A stretch of DNA of 64,000 nucleotides from Balanoglossus misakiensis (Eukaryota; Animalia; Hemichordata). The stretch lies in NCBI GenBank assembly GCA_040954595.2, contig CM082578.2:13980304-14044303 (forward strand). Direction: 5' to 3'. Made by a program: the position numbers and the translations under genes. The notes under the pieces were generated by a model. The model was not told the origin of the DNA, made no database searches, and saw nothing but the letters and a program-made list of their open reading frames with translations. This document shows positions 40,980 through 52,241 of the stretch, in pieces. How positions within the stretch are numbered: the stretch's first letter is position 1; each line of letters begins with the position of its first letter.

Positions 40980-43420
40980 CTACATTTGATACACACGTAT
41001 ATACAATCGAAATGGGAAATAAGAAAATGGTTCATTCATTCGAAGACTTTTCCGCCCTCATTTGTACGAGAAGCCCTGTTCACTAGAGAGCAATTAGGGT
41101 ACGAACGAATGGAACGATTTTTCGACAACTCACAGGTCGATCAAATTATCCCGGTGCTTATGCCTTCGTTCAAATTATCCCGGTACTTATGTGGAAGAGA
41201 TTGAACTTTCGTGGTGAGGGATTACAAACGGTGACGTCAACACATTGGATAAACATGCGCTTGCAAGACCCATGCGTTCAACTCATAAAGGTCACATATT
41301 GTGTTGTGTTCATAATCATAATCGGTTTACGCGGAAGACCGCACAGCAAGTGTCCCAGATGACAAGATGACGGAAAGACCCCGAAACGACGATTGGTTCT
41401 CCCCTTTTATGTCTAGAAATCATTGAGGCCAGACCCCCTAGCGGAACTCAATAAAGTCGGAAATGAAAAAGACGAAGTATACGTGCGTCACGTTTCAGTA
41501 CGGTCCAGTTTAAACATTTTAAAGACTATAGCACTATTAGGACTTCCGATAGAACCAACTCCAAACCATGCCCAAACTAAATAACACACACGGAGTTTAC
41601 ATGTAACACAGCCCTTCGCAGCTATCCGTCAAACAAAACGCAGAGTCTCTTTTGGAGTCAAACTTGCTTGACCCCTTGCAAGGGTCACGATTGTACCCTA
41701 CTTTGACGCGTCTGCGTCGAACGATCTTAGTTATCTTCTTTCGGCGGCCCCTTTCTACCGGGACCTCTCCGGTAGAAAGTCAACGGAAATGTACGAGTAA
41801 CATGACTCTGTGCACCTGATAAAAGGTTTATGGCATAGTTAATCGAAAGAATCATCTCTGTCCGACGGCAATACATCTTGGGAGTATGAAAGTCGATGTA
41901 TTTCGATTTCCCAAACGGGTGCTTTGAAAAAGGTAATATTTGGATTCTTCGTGGCCACACGGATTTGAATTGAATGTGCATTTTGCCCTACATACATCAA
42001 TAATCCGTCCTCACATGAATGTGTGGATGGTTCTCTTGAACTAACGTCTGGAGGCGGGGAAGCTGCAACTGTTGATTTTTTTGTATGATGGTTATTTTCG
42101 GCATTAACTTACATAAAAGTTCAATCTAACGGGCAACGAAATAAAACATCACAGATTACATTTACTGCCTCTCAGTTAAGATGTCTGACGGCTAGCATCT
42201 ATACAGGTATACACGTCCCACATAGTTACTGTACAGGTGAAGATAAGCCAGACGAATACAAGGTGTCGCATGATATCAACAACATCTTAGCTCCAAACGC
42301 CTCTCCATGCTCTGAAAGCGCTACGAGTTCTTATATTACCGGTATTTGCTGTACGAATAATCCAAAAGCGTTGTAATCAACGCAACGACCGAGTACGGAG
42401 GGGTCACCATCTTCCGTACAAGTGTTACTGCAGAGGAAAACATCTACGAACACACGTCTGCCCGAAGCCTGAGATCGGGACGGTGTGATTATAGCCCAAG
42501 GTTAATCCCACACTCTGCTAATACTGCTGAGTACTGGAAGAGAATGAAACACGTCTGGGAAGAACGGTGCGGCGTAAGTAAGGGATAGACTCGACGTGGA
42601 ACGAGCAACGTTGCTGTTCCACGCCTCAATTTTTTCGGAGAGGCGTTTGTGACGAACAGTTTTCCGGGAAAATCAAGCGTCTGTAGGGCCTACGAAGATG
42701 TTTTCATTGAAATTATGGTTCAAAATACTAGTTTTGCAAAAGCAATTACGAAGTGTGCTTCTTTGAACTACATCACAGCGCCCCCATCGAGCACTTTACC
42801 CAGGGACATTTGTTTTTAGCAGCCCTCAGGGTTCTGCCGTTGCGGGCCCTGCAGCACTCCCGGGGAATATTCGATTAGGTGTGAATTCAGTATTGGACAT
42901 CGCAAAGGTGCGACGTATAATTTAATCGAAACAAGAATGAATTGCATGGTGTTCACGAAACCTATAACAAACTTCTTCAACGGTACAAACTTTTCATATC
43001 GCAACTGTAATGGGTCAAAGATTTATGACCATAAATGGCGCTCAAGGTGTTTACCCAAAGGACTGTTGCAAAAAATACCCTTGCTACGTTAGAATAGTCA
43101 AAGGGACTTAAATGTTCAGATTGGTGTTATATATGTCCATAGATCATAAGATCATGCTGAGCTCAACACAGGTGTTCATCGACTTTTATCTCTCATAACT
43201 TACTCAAACAAACCGACTGATACGAATGGCATTGGATGTTTTAAATTCTTTGGGGGATTACATGATTTCACGAAACATATGCATGTAAATACAATTTACA
43301 ATTTAGCGTCTATTCCGAATGATTTGGTGTGTTTCAATCATGGCTTAGCAAATACGAGTGGTTTTAATGACACTATGTGGCATACGGCTAGCCGGACACA
43401 CGAGTGTACCTTCAGTCCAA
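40980..43420 (+). pseudogene. decayed LRR array immediately upstream of the GPCR cluster
   Basis: FIHSKTF, MKVDVFR, FPNGCF, LFSALTYIK/FNLTGNEIKH (42092-42148), ILAPNA/LHALKALRVLIL (42280-42338), FGGLHDF..YNLASIPNDL (~43250-43325). No TIR recognised. Confidence 0.45.
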
Positions 43421-43704
43421 TTCTAACAAATCGGAATTCGTGGTAACAGCTTAAGGATTATTCTGTTGTAATATGTTGGTGCTGCATATGGACTTTAAAT
43501 GCGCTATCGTCAATTATTTACACGCGGTGATATCCTGATCGGAGGTGACTTCTCGGTAGGAGGCAAAGTCTGCTGACTTGTGTGTGATATGCAATGATCA
43601 TCATGGAGGTTTGCAATCAATAGTGAATACACCACGTGTGGGCAGTTAAACGGGGGATTTTCTGACAAGAGGAACACTGGGGATAAAACATCCTTCTTTC
43701 ATTC

Positions 43705-44868
43705 ATGATGGATTCTGCACGGAGTGATTCAATTTGGACGTTTTATTACGCCATGACTGCCTTGGAAATACTACTAATTGCCACGGGACTCCTGGCCAAC
43801 GTTGCCGTAGTCTACGTGTTTTCCCGGACGCCTGAACTCTGGTTGGCCACAAATATCTACATCCTGAACTTGACGGCTGCCAACTTGGGATTCCTTGTCA
43901 GCGTAATAATAAACGTGACAGTGACGCTACTGTCTGGACATCTGTTTTTCTGGGATGTAAACTTGGTCGTCTGCGTACTCCGAAACATCCTTGCCTTCTC
44001 CTGCCTGTACGTTGCCATTTTGACAATTGGTTTGATCTGCCTAGAGAGGTTCCTTGCAATATGTCGCCCGTTCAAAAAGCTGGGGCCCAGCACTAAACAC
44101 AGGGCTAAAAGATGCTCCGTTGGCACCTGGGTGGTGGCCACTGCCTTCTCTGTAACACATATAGTGCAGTGTTCATATCCTGACAACATTGGACTGCGCA
44201 TCGCCGCCTGGACACAGGTGTGTTTCATCGGGTTCACCGTCATGCCAACGGTGACAATTCTGTACATAGCTGTCATGTGCTACCTGCGGAGACACAGAAT
44301 GGTCATGCAATCGTGGGTTCGCTCCAGGAGATTCTCGATGATCACGGCGGGCCCCGCGGCGCAGAGACAAGGAGCCGAAGTGGAGAGAGCGACCAAACTT
44401 CTGCTCATCACCACGGGGCTGCTTTTCACGTGCGGCTTCCCGCGTCTGGTGCATGGATTTTTTGTCATTTTGGACGCCCTCGGGGCATGGACGTACGATC
44501 TGACCACGAGGTACATCGTGGAGACTGTGACGAACGCCCTGCTGGCTGTCCATGCAGCGCTGAACCCCGTTGCGTACAGCTACAGCAACACGCAATTCCG
44601 CTGCGCCATGGCGAACTTGTTTTGCCCGACCAAGCAAATTCAAGTCCAGCCGGAAGACAACAACGCGGTCGACGACATCAAGTCGATGTCGTCCGACCAT
44701 CAGCCTTGCACAGAAAACAAAACGTCTGCGCAGATGGAAGGTACAACCAACATGACTGAGAAGCGCCTCTGCCAGGAAGACATTTGGCAGCGACGCACGG
44801 GTGCATTGATAATACACGGCGACTCCCACCGCATTCTGGTCGCTGACTATCATATTTGGGAGGTTTAG
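43705..44868 (+). CDS. orphan class A GPCR, tandem paralogue G1, 387 aa
   Basis: 7TM; GLLAN, NIYILNLTAAN, CLERFLAICRP, HIVQCSYP, CGFPRLVH, WTYD, LNPVAY; intact ORF. Confidence 0.95.
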   Translation: MMDSARSDSIWTFYYAMTALEILLIATGLLANVAVVYVFSRTPELWLATNIYILNLTAANLGFLVSVIINVTVTLLSGHLFFWDVNLVVCVLRNILAFSCLYVAILTIGLICLERFLAICRPFKKLGPSTKHRAKRCSVGTWVVATAFSVTHIVQCSYPDNIGLRIAAWTQVCFIGFTVMPTVTILYIAVMCYLRRHRMVMQSWVRSRRFSMITAGPAAQRQGAEVERATKLLLITTGLLFTCGFPRLVHGFFVILDALGAWTYDLTTRYIVETVTNALLAVHAALNPVAYSYSNTQFRCAMANLFCPTKQIQVQPEDNNAVDDIKSMSSDHQPCTENKTSAQMEGTTNMTEKRLCQEDIWQRRTGALIIHGDSHRILVADYHIWEV

Positions 44869-46152
44869 TTAGCTCAGACGCCGACAGAGAGTCTCTGAAT
44901 TAGACGGTGTCAAAATTAACGTCTGAGGTTACAATTACAGGCATATATACATAGTCCGTCGACTAGTAGCCGGCGGTAGCCTGCTTTCCCCTGAAAAGAA
45001 CACTCGCTTGCGTGAACAAGCTACACCAGAAACCGAAGACAAAATATGCATTAAACTTTTCTCAAATCTGAACGGTATTGTGACAATTGTCATCAAATTG
45101 TCAGAACGCACGCATGATTTCGTTGATTCGAAATACAATAAATGTATTTCATGTATAGGTCAGACATTCAAAAATATTTTCAATAAATCGTTCTTGCCAG
45201 AAATGGTAAACCGTTTTTCGTTTAATGATGCAACGAAGAAATGAGGGCAGGGTGCACGTTCATTACGAAATTGTTATCAGATTTAGTAATATATGCAATA
45301 CCGGGGATTATATCCCTCTCACGTGACCTTGATCGCGATTATTAAACTGGTGGTAGGTGAAGTCCAATGAACCCGCAGTTGCCGGGTTACACACAGAGAA
45401 ATCTTTAATTTCATTTTGTAACGAAGATCTCGAACTGCATTGTTTCTGTCAGTAATAACCACGCAATCGGCGAGTCGTTGATTTCAATGGCTTGTTGTTG
45501 CCATTCTCAATAATATAGAAACTGCAAGCGAGTCAGATGACTCCAGACAAAACGTAATATACATTGATTTCATCAAATGGGTCTGACGTTCGACAATATA
45601 GCCGTTACGCAACCCAGACCTGATCAGATATGAAATCTGTAAGTATGCCGACAATGCCATTAAATATGTTTGTTCGTAGTCGCTTTACTCTAGCACTTCA
45701 TTAATGAGGCCGGACCCCCCCCCCCCCCTTACGACACACACCGCTCGCAAAATTAATAATACAAGACCCTTGCAAATATTGACCACCTGTTGCTTTTAAC
45801 ACACTTCCTGTGCCTTCCATATCCCAACCGTGTTTGACGATTAAGGTTTTTTAATAAACTCTTAATTAGATGAGTCTAACACTACTGATCACAGGCCTTG
45901 TATTATGGCTTTAACCTAGGCAGTCGATTGCATATTGCTACCATCCATACGAGAACAAACAATAATTAATAGTACAATATTTGTCGAGAAATAAAACGTG
46001 ATAGGAATGACGCATTTGACCAGTAAATAAAATGTTGAGTGGGACATGGACAAAACGAACGGTCGGCTAAAGTGTCTTCTCATTTCGGTAACGGACACGG
46101 ATTAACGCGGTTTTTATTCCAACCTCAGGAACTGTGTACAGCAGTTAAGAAA

Positions 46153-47223
46153 ATGGTCGCCTTCAGCAACATATCTTCTACGACAATCTGGCCTGACTGT
46201 GTGGATAACTGCCATGATGATTGGATGGAGACAGTGCTAACATTTCACTACGTCGGCAACTCAATCGCCGTAAGTTTGGCAGTACTTGGAGTTTTAACCA
46301 ACAGCGCTTTTCTGTTGGTCTTCATAAAGACGCCATTGCTGTGGGTGCCAACCAACATTTACTTTACTAATCTCGTCATTGCAGATTTGCTTTTTGTAAC
46401 TGCCGTTCTCATCCACAGTATATATGTACTGGCAACGAGCACTTTGTTGTATTTGGAAGTTGATATCGGAGTTTGCTTTCTACGGAATATCCTGGCGTAT
46501 TCCTCCTTGTACACGGCATTTTTCACCACGGCTCTCGTGAGCATGGAGCGATATGCCTTGATTTGCCGGACGTTCAAATTACTCGGTCCGAGCAACAACG
46601 ACAAGGCGCGTAAATTCGCGCTGGGGACGTGGGCAGTCGCGATCGTACTCTCTCTGACGCATGTCGTACAATGCTGGTATCCGGAAAGCATCGTCCTGAA
46701 CGTCATCGCGGTTTGTCAAATATCGGGATTTGCTCTGCTGACACTTCCGGTCGTCATGGTTTTCTACGGCCTCGTCATTCGCCACATGTGGCTGCACAAA
46801 AAGGCCATGTCTGCGTGGAAGCCCGCCACCACCGCCACTTCAGCGCAGGAGAGCTCGGGTCCGAGAGGCGTCGAGATGAAGAACGTGGTTTTGGTGCTGC
46901 TGGTTACCTTTGTTACGCACTCGGTGTTCGCGATACCGCGTCTAATTCACGGACTTCTGACGGTCGTAGACATCATGGGGCGCTGGTCTTACGATCCCGT
47001 GACTTGTTACCAGGTTGAGACAGTTTCCAACTTGTTACTGGTTGTTGCATCAGCTTCCAACCCCATCACTTACAACTGCATCAACTCGCCGTACAAGCAA
47101 GCGATGAGGAATGTCTTTCGGATTCCCACCAAAGTCGCTCCAGTCGCTGCAGACGACATGGCACCAAACATAAACGCCAGAGTGTCCGCTCTTCCCGTTG
47201 ATAAACTTATGGAACCCACTTGA
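46153..47223 (+). CDS. orphan class A GPCR, tandem paralogue G2 (356 aa from ATG 46153)
   Basis: The ORF track starts at a GTG (46039); the first ATG is at 46153 (aaaATGg), preceded by an acceptor-like cag at 46128. GVLTN, NIYFTNLVIAD, MERYALIC, HVVQCWYP, AIPRLIH, WSYDP, SNPITY. Confidence 0.93.
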   Translation: MVAFSNISSTTIWPDCVDNCHDDWMETVLTFHYVGNSIAVSLAVLGVLTNSAFLLVFIKTPLLWVPTNIYFTNLVIADLLFVTAVLIHSIYVLATSTLLYLEVDIGVCFLRNILAYSSLYTAFFTTALVSMERYALICRTFKLLGPSNNDKARKFALGTWAVAIVLSLTHVVQCWYPESIVLNVIAVCQISGFALLTLPVVMVFYGLVIRHMWLHKKAMSAWKPATTATSAQESSGPRGVEMKNVVLVLLVTFVTHSVFAIPRLIHGLLTVVDIMGRWSYDPVTCYQVETVSNLLLVVASASNPITYNCINSPYKQAMRNVFRIPTKVAPVAADDMAPNINARVSALPVDKLMEPT

Positions 47224-47918
47224 ATAAACTATACATACGGTGTGCTGGAAACGCGGGGCATAGACATGCTTACGCTTACAGTTCCACAGAAACCGAAGAA
47301 TCCTTGTTAATGAACAGAATAACTTCGCATGGATGTTTTTTTTCTTTCATAAAATGAAAGACCATCAACACTTTTTCCTATTTTCCTGTGCTCAGTATTG
47401 TAATGCTTGTCTAAAACTGTAACACAGATAAATATTTTCGGATCGTATATAACAGCAATCAAGGGGACATCTGGGAATACTGAAAGCTTTATAACGCATT
47501 GCACAGTATACGTGTTACTGATTGTCCATGGCATGCAGTACGGTACCTACGCACTGCGCTTTAAGTTGATTTAACTTTACATAAGTCTTACTAGGAAATT
47601 TCAAAATCAGCTGTGGGTGTAATTGCACAGACAGACATTAGCTATCTTGTATCAAGAGCAAAAAGATAAAATCTATGAAATAACAAAGCTATCATTGGCA
47701 TTTTAATCAAGCCAGGATTAAAGACGTAACTAGGTTTTGTTTCCCTTTGCACCGTATATGTAAAGGAAAACGTCATATACCAAGTTAAATTCACGTTAAG
47801 TTTGTTGAAGAATTTGGGAAGTAGATGTACCGACGCGGTGTTAAATCTACTAGGTTTGTTTTCCAAGTTGAAGAATTTGGGAGATATCGACGCATCGTAC
47901 ATATCGCGTTGTGGAGTC

Positions 47919-49052
47919 ATGGCGCCAGGCTTCTACTCTAAATCTGCTTCGGCAGACAACAGTTCGCTGGAAACCGACTGGCTGGACTCGGTGTTTGCGT
48001 TCCACTACATCATGAGCGCCATTGATCTCACGGCAGCCACCACTGGACTTGTTCTAAACGTGACCGCATCCATCGTTATATTGCGAACTTCTTCTTTGTG
48101 GATCTCCGTCAACATCTACGTGTTGAACTTGATGGTCTCTAGCGCATTGTTTTTAGTCGGTGCCCTGCTCAGTGTGATTTACGTGCTGGCGACCGGCAAT
48201 CTCGTCTGGTGGGATGTGGACATCGCCTTGTGTTTCTCCAGGAATTTCCTTCTCTACGCGTCTTTTTATGCTCTAATCGGCGCAATCGCGTGTATATGTA
48301 TCGAGCGTTTCATAGCAATCTGTCGTCCGTGTAACAGCATTCGACCAAGTTCACCACGGAGGGCGATCTTCTTCTCAGCATTCGTGTGGGCGATTGGCTT
48401 TTGTCTTTCTGTTGTTCACGTCACCCAGTGTTGGTATCCTGCAGATGTGCGAGTGCAAATAGCCGCGTTGAGCCAGGTGTCCATAATTGGCCTGGCTATC
48501 TTCTCCATTGTTGGTGTGCTGTATTCCGCTACTGTGTACTCCTTGCACAAACACAATCGTGTCATGATGGCCTGGACCCGTAACCGGCGAGTGTCCACGC
48601 TTTCTCCACAGAGCGGCGGCACCCACGTCAAGAAAGTCGTCCTGGTGTTTTTTGTCACGGGGTTTGTGCACTACATCTGTGGAGGACCGCGCTTGGTCCA
48701 CGCGTTTCTCGAATTATGGGACTCGCTGGGTTTCCTAAGCTACGACCCAGCCACCAGTTACATGCTCGAAACCGTGTCCAACTCGCTGCTCATCATCAAC
48801 GCAGTCTTCAATCCGATCGCCTATAACTTTTTGAACACGCCTCTTAAAGCGGCACTAAGACGAACACTTTGCCGCAACCAGAAAGTCAACCCGATAGCCG
48901 CCATTGAACATGTCCATGAACATAGTGTGCTTGACATTCAACCCCAACATGAGCTTGAAGTACGAAGCAACGTTATTTCAGACACCAACAGACACACGAA
49001 CACAAAACAAATCGCAGAAATGGTTGCCATAGAGAGCAGTAGTACCCGGTAG
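47919..49052 (+). CDS. orphan class A GPCR, tandem paralogue G3 (377 aa from ATG 47919)
   Basis: The ORF track starts at a TTG (47802); the first ATG is at 47919. GLVLN, NIYVLNLMVSS, CIERFIAICRP, HVTQCWYP, CGGPRLVH, YDPATSY, FNPIAY. Confidence 0.93.
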   Translation: MAPGFYSKSASADNSSLETDWLDSVFAFHYIMSAIDLTAATTGLVLNVTASIVILRTSSLWISVNIYVLNLMVSSALFLVGALLSVIYVLATGNLVWWDVDIALCFSRNFLLYASFYALIGAIACICIERFIAICRPCNSIRPSSPRRAIFFSAFVWAIGFCLSVVHVTQCWYPADVRVQIAALSQVSIIGLAIFSIVGVLYSATVYSLHKHNRVMMAWTRNRRVSTLSPQSGGTHVKKVVLVFFVTGFVHYICGGPRLVHAFLELWDSLGFLSYDPATSYMLETVSNSLLIINAVFNPIAYNFLNTPLKAALRRTLCRNQKVNPIAAIEHVHEHSVLDIQPQHELEVRSNVISDTNRHTNTKQIAEMVAIESSSTR

Positions 49053-49307
49053 CCTGTGAGGTTCACATTGGTAGTCCATTCAAAATTCAGACAAATTATC
49101 TTTGATCCAATGACAACAATGTTGTCCCACGTGGGGCCATTCTGAGCAAGAAAGCAAAGTGACCGAAACAGTAGCATATAAATCGCCTTCGTATAGAAAT
49201 CTGTACATTATTTCCAATGCCCAGGAAAAACAATGCAAAACAATATGATAACCGTAATAATAAAGTCTGTATTCATCAATACATACAAAGTGATTGTTTT
49301 ACAACCC

Positions 49308-49327
49308 ATGATGACGACGACGACGAC

Positions 49328-49402
<75 letters not shown>
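49308..49402. repeat. (GAC)n(GAT)n compound trinucleotide microsatellite
   Basis: About 31 units in the G3-G4 spacer, directly visible. Confidence 0.97.
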
Positions 49403-49405
<3 letters not shown>

Positions 49406-49710
49406 TAACAAGTCATTACAAAACGATTGGATTATTTGACAGAATGTTATGTTTAGATGAAAACAATCCATTCTCAAGGTTCTGTTACTAAAGTTCCTTA
49501 GTGATGGACGTATATAGATATACTTTATCAAAGTAGCATTGTTATCTGCTGTCCAATCGCTCCGATATTAAAGAAGGATCCCAGTTGTGTTTGCTTGCCC
49601 TATCACCTAGTGTGTGAAATCTTTTATAACGACACAGTCATAGCCCACCGTCAACCAATTCTAGAATTTGTGACACCGACTGCGATCGCACATGCATTCC
49701 AAGCGGCAAA

Positions 49711-50883
49711 ATGACGCTCTGTAGGTACTACTCCGTTTTAGAAAACGACAGTTCGTCAGAAAACGACTGGGTAAGCACCGTGCAGACCTTCCATTATATC
49801 ATGAGCGCCATCGATCTCGTGTCAATTGCCATTGGACTTTTTCTAAACGTGACTGCAACCATCGTGATTTTACGAAATCCTCCATTATGGGTTTCTATCA
49901 ACATCTACATTGTAAACCTCATGATTTCTGACACGCTGTTTTTGGTTGGAGCATTGCTGAGTGTCACGTACATGTTGGCGACCACAAATCTCGTTTGGTG
50001 GGAGGCAGGAACCACCCTGTGCTTCTTCAGGAATTTCCTTCTCTACGTATGTTTCTACGTGGGCATTGCCACGATCGGGTGCATATGCCTGGAGCGCTTC
50101 CTGGCCATCTGCCGTCCGTGTAAGAAACTCCCGCCGAGCAAACCGAAGAGAGCGATTATCTGCTCATCACTCGCGTGGGTGACCGGTCTGTGTCTGTCAG
50201 TCGTGCACATCACTCAGTGTTGGTATCCTGAAAATGTGCGCGTGCAAATGGCTGCGCTGAGTCAACTGACTATATATGGCTTTGTGAGTTTTCTACTGAT
50301 CGGTGTGCTGTACACGACCGTTGTGTGCCACCTGCAGAAACACAACCGCGTCATGATGACTTGGGCGCGAAACAGACGAGTCTCCGTCCTTGCGCAACCA
50401 ACAGACAACAGCATAGACGTCAAGAAGGTTGTCATGATATTTTCCATCACAGGATCCCTGCACTACATCTGTGGAGGGCCGCGCCTAGTTCACGGCTTTC
50501 TGGAGCTGTGGGACTCGCTGGGTTTCCTAAACTACGACCCAGCCACTAGCTACATGCTCGAAACGGCGTCCAACTCGCTGCTCATCATCAACGCAGTTTT
50601 CAATCCGATCACGTACAACTCCCTGAACGCGCCCTTCAAGATTGCTCTGAAAAGGATGCTTTGCCGCAATCGGAAAGTTGCTCCAACCAAGAGCAAACCC
50701 GGACACATAACCTCCTCCGCAAAACCCCAAAATACACCCGACGAATCACGGCGACAGACATTGACAAGCAACGTCTTTTCGGCCACCACGAAATCAACAA
50801 ACATCACTCAAATCGAAGAAGCCGCTTCAACGGGCGATTCTATTTCCACGTTGAAAATCGACGAAAGTTGTAGCTCTGCATAA
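49711..50883 (+). CDS. orphan class A GPCR, tandem paralogue G4, 390 aa
   Basis: GLFLN, NIYIVNLMISD, CLERFLAICRP, HITQCWYP, CGGPRLVH, YDPATSY, FNPITY; Ser/Thr-rich tail; closest to G3. Confidence 0.95.
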   Translation: MTLCRYYSVLENDSSSENDWVSTVQTFHYIMSAIDLVSIAIGLFLNVTATIVILRNPPLWVSINIYIVNLMISDTLFLVGALLSVTYMLATTNLVWWEAGTTLCFFRNFLLYVCFYVGIATIGCICLERFLAICRPCKKLPPSKPKRAIICSSLAWVTGLCLSVVHITQCWYPENVRVQMAALSQLTIYGFVSFLLIGVLYTTVVCHLQKHNRVMMTWARNRRVSVLAQPTDNSIDVKKVVMIFSITGSLHYICGGPRLVHGFLELWDSLGFLNYDPATSYMLETASNSLLIINAVFNPITYNSLNAPFKIALKRMLCRNRKVAPTKSKPGHITSSAKPQNTPDESRRQTLTSNVFSATTKSTNITQIEEAASTGDSISTLKIDESCSSA

Positions 50884-52204
50884 AGCCCAATTGGATTTCA
50901 TCTCAGAAATACAACCCTGACAATAATAGTTGAATGTCTCTGAGTACCGAGACAAATTACTGTCCGAAAATTCGCGACAATATATTTACACGTTTACAGA
51001 AGTTATTATATTGGATTTAGTGTATAATTGTAAATGTATCATTGTTAAACAAAATCACAGTGAATGTATTGTAAATACATTGTAATTATAGATATTGAGA
51101 AATGGACATGGTGAAAATCTAATCCATGCTGGTCATCGACCGTGTTACATCAATCTCTTTCTTTTCTTACGTCTCATTACAAGGTTGTTAAACATCTGTT
51201 TTTGACACGAGTCCAGATTTAAAATAAAAACGTGCAATGACACGTGGGATGTGTTGACGAGAGATTCAGCACATGGATCCCAACGTGTACATCAATGCAC
51301 TTTGACACCATCACATGTCGATCCTGGCTTTAGATCCGAAATCGCTTAATGGCTGCTGTAGGCATGTTTTCTAAAAACTTACAAAACGTAATAACAATCG
51401 GCTCGAAATCGAAGACATGAAGTCTGAGTCTGAGTTTTCAGCGAAAGACTGGCCTCCCGGCGGAACTGGCCTGGTTTCATGAGCGGAGTAATCGTGGCCT
51501 ATGGAAAACACGCTTCTCATTTATAATTAATCAAATACGTGTGTCCTTCAGCCCCAAAAAAGTTCGGATTTCAAGAAAATATCACCAGGGGGTTTCTTTT
51601 GATGCCAGATAAGTTACATGGGTTGTTCTGATTCTAGATTACACTACATCGTCATCCAATGATTACAGTGTTCACGGTGTTACATACATGATAGCTACTC
51701 TAAGTAAACGCTAGCCAATAACCAAAATGCACGTCATTTTCCTTGACTCATAAAACATAAATATATTGACGAACGAGCAAATATGCTAGTCATGCACGAA
51801 ACCACTGCAATGCTTGTCATAAATGCCCCGCTTTGACTTGTTTTAACTTTTTTGAAATCAATTCCATAATCAAGATGACACAGAAAAAACGCCCCTGCAG
51901 GTAATCGGATGATTGTCTGTAATACAGGTCATCAGGTCTGTGCGAAACCAGTATTATTTGCTCAAGATATCGACGGTTAGGCTAAAGTAATGTTGCTAAA
52001 AATCGACCGACATGGAATAATCAGTTCGAGCACTAATGACTGATCATTGACGTCATGGTCTCGTCAAAGATAAGACAATGGTTTTCGATAAGCCGCAAAT
52101 CATGATGTATATGAGAGTCATGATATTCGTGAGTACATGCATGTGTCCTTTCCACCGACTTTCGCTAGTGTACATGTTCTTACAACAATTTAAACGTCCC
52201 AACT

Positions 52205-52241
52205 ACAACAACAACAACAACAACAACAGCAGCAGCAGCAG
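52205..52241. repeat. short (CAA)n(CAG)n microsatellite
   Basis: Directly visible. Confidence 0.8.

Noticed and set aside
44173-44853. 226-aa antisense ORF and other alternative-frame ORFs over the GPCRs
   Set aside because: These are shadow ORFs of GC-richer coding sequence with no recognisable motifs.
40980-44868. LRR ectodomain fused to a 7TM (LGR-type receptor)
   Set aside because: The LRR block is riddled with stops and frameshifts, whereas G1 is intact with its own ATG, and the 7TM domains lack glycoprotein-hormone-receptor signatures.
46039-47918. N-terminal extensions of G2 (GTG 46039) and G3 (TTG 47802)
   Set aside because: Non-ATG starts in a eukaryote; the downstream ATGs have good context and give N-termini comparable to the paralogues.
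49208-49531. Poly-Asp, poly-Met and poly-Ile ORFs
   Set aside because: They are translations of the GAT microsatellite.
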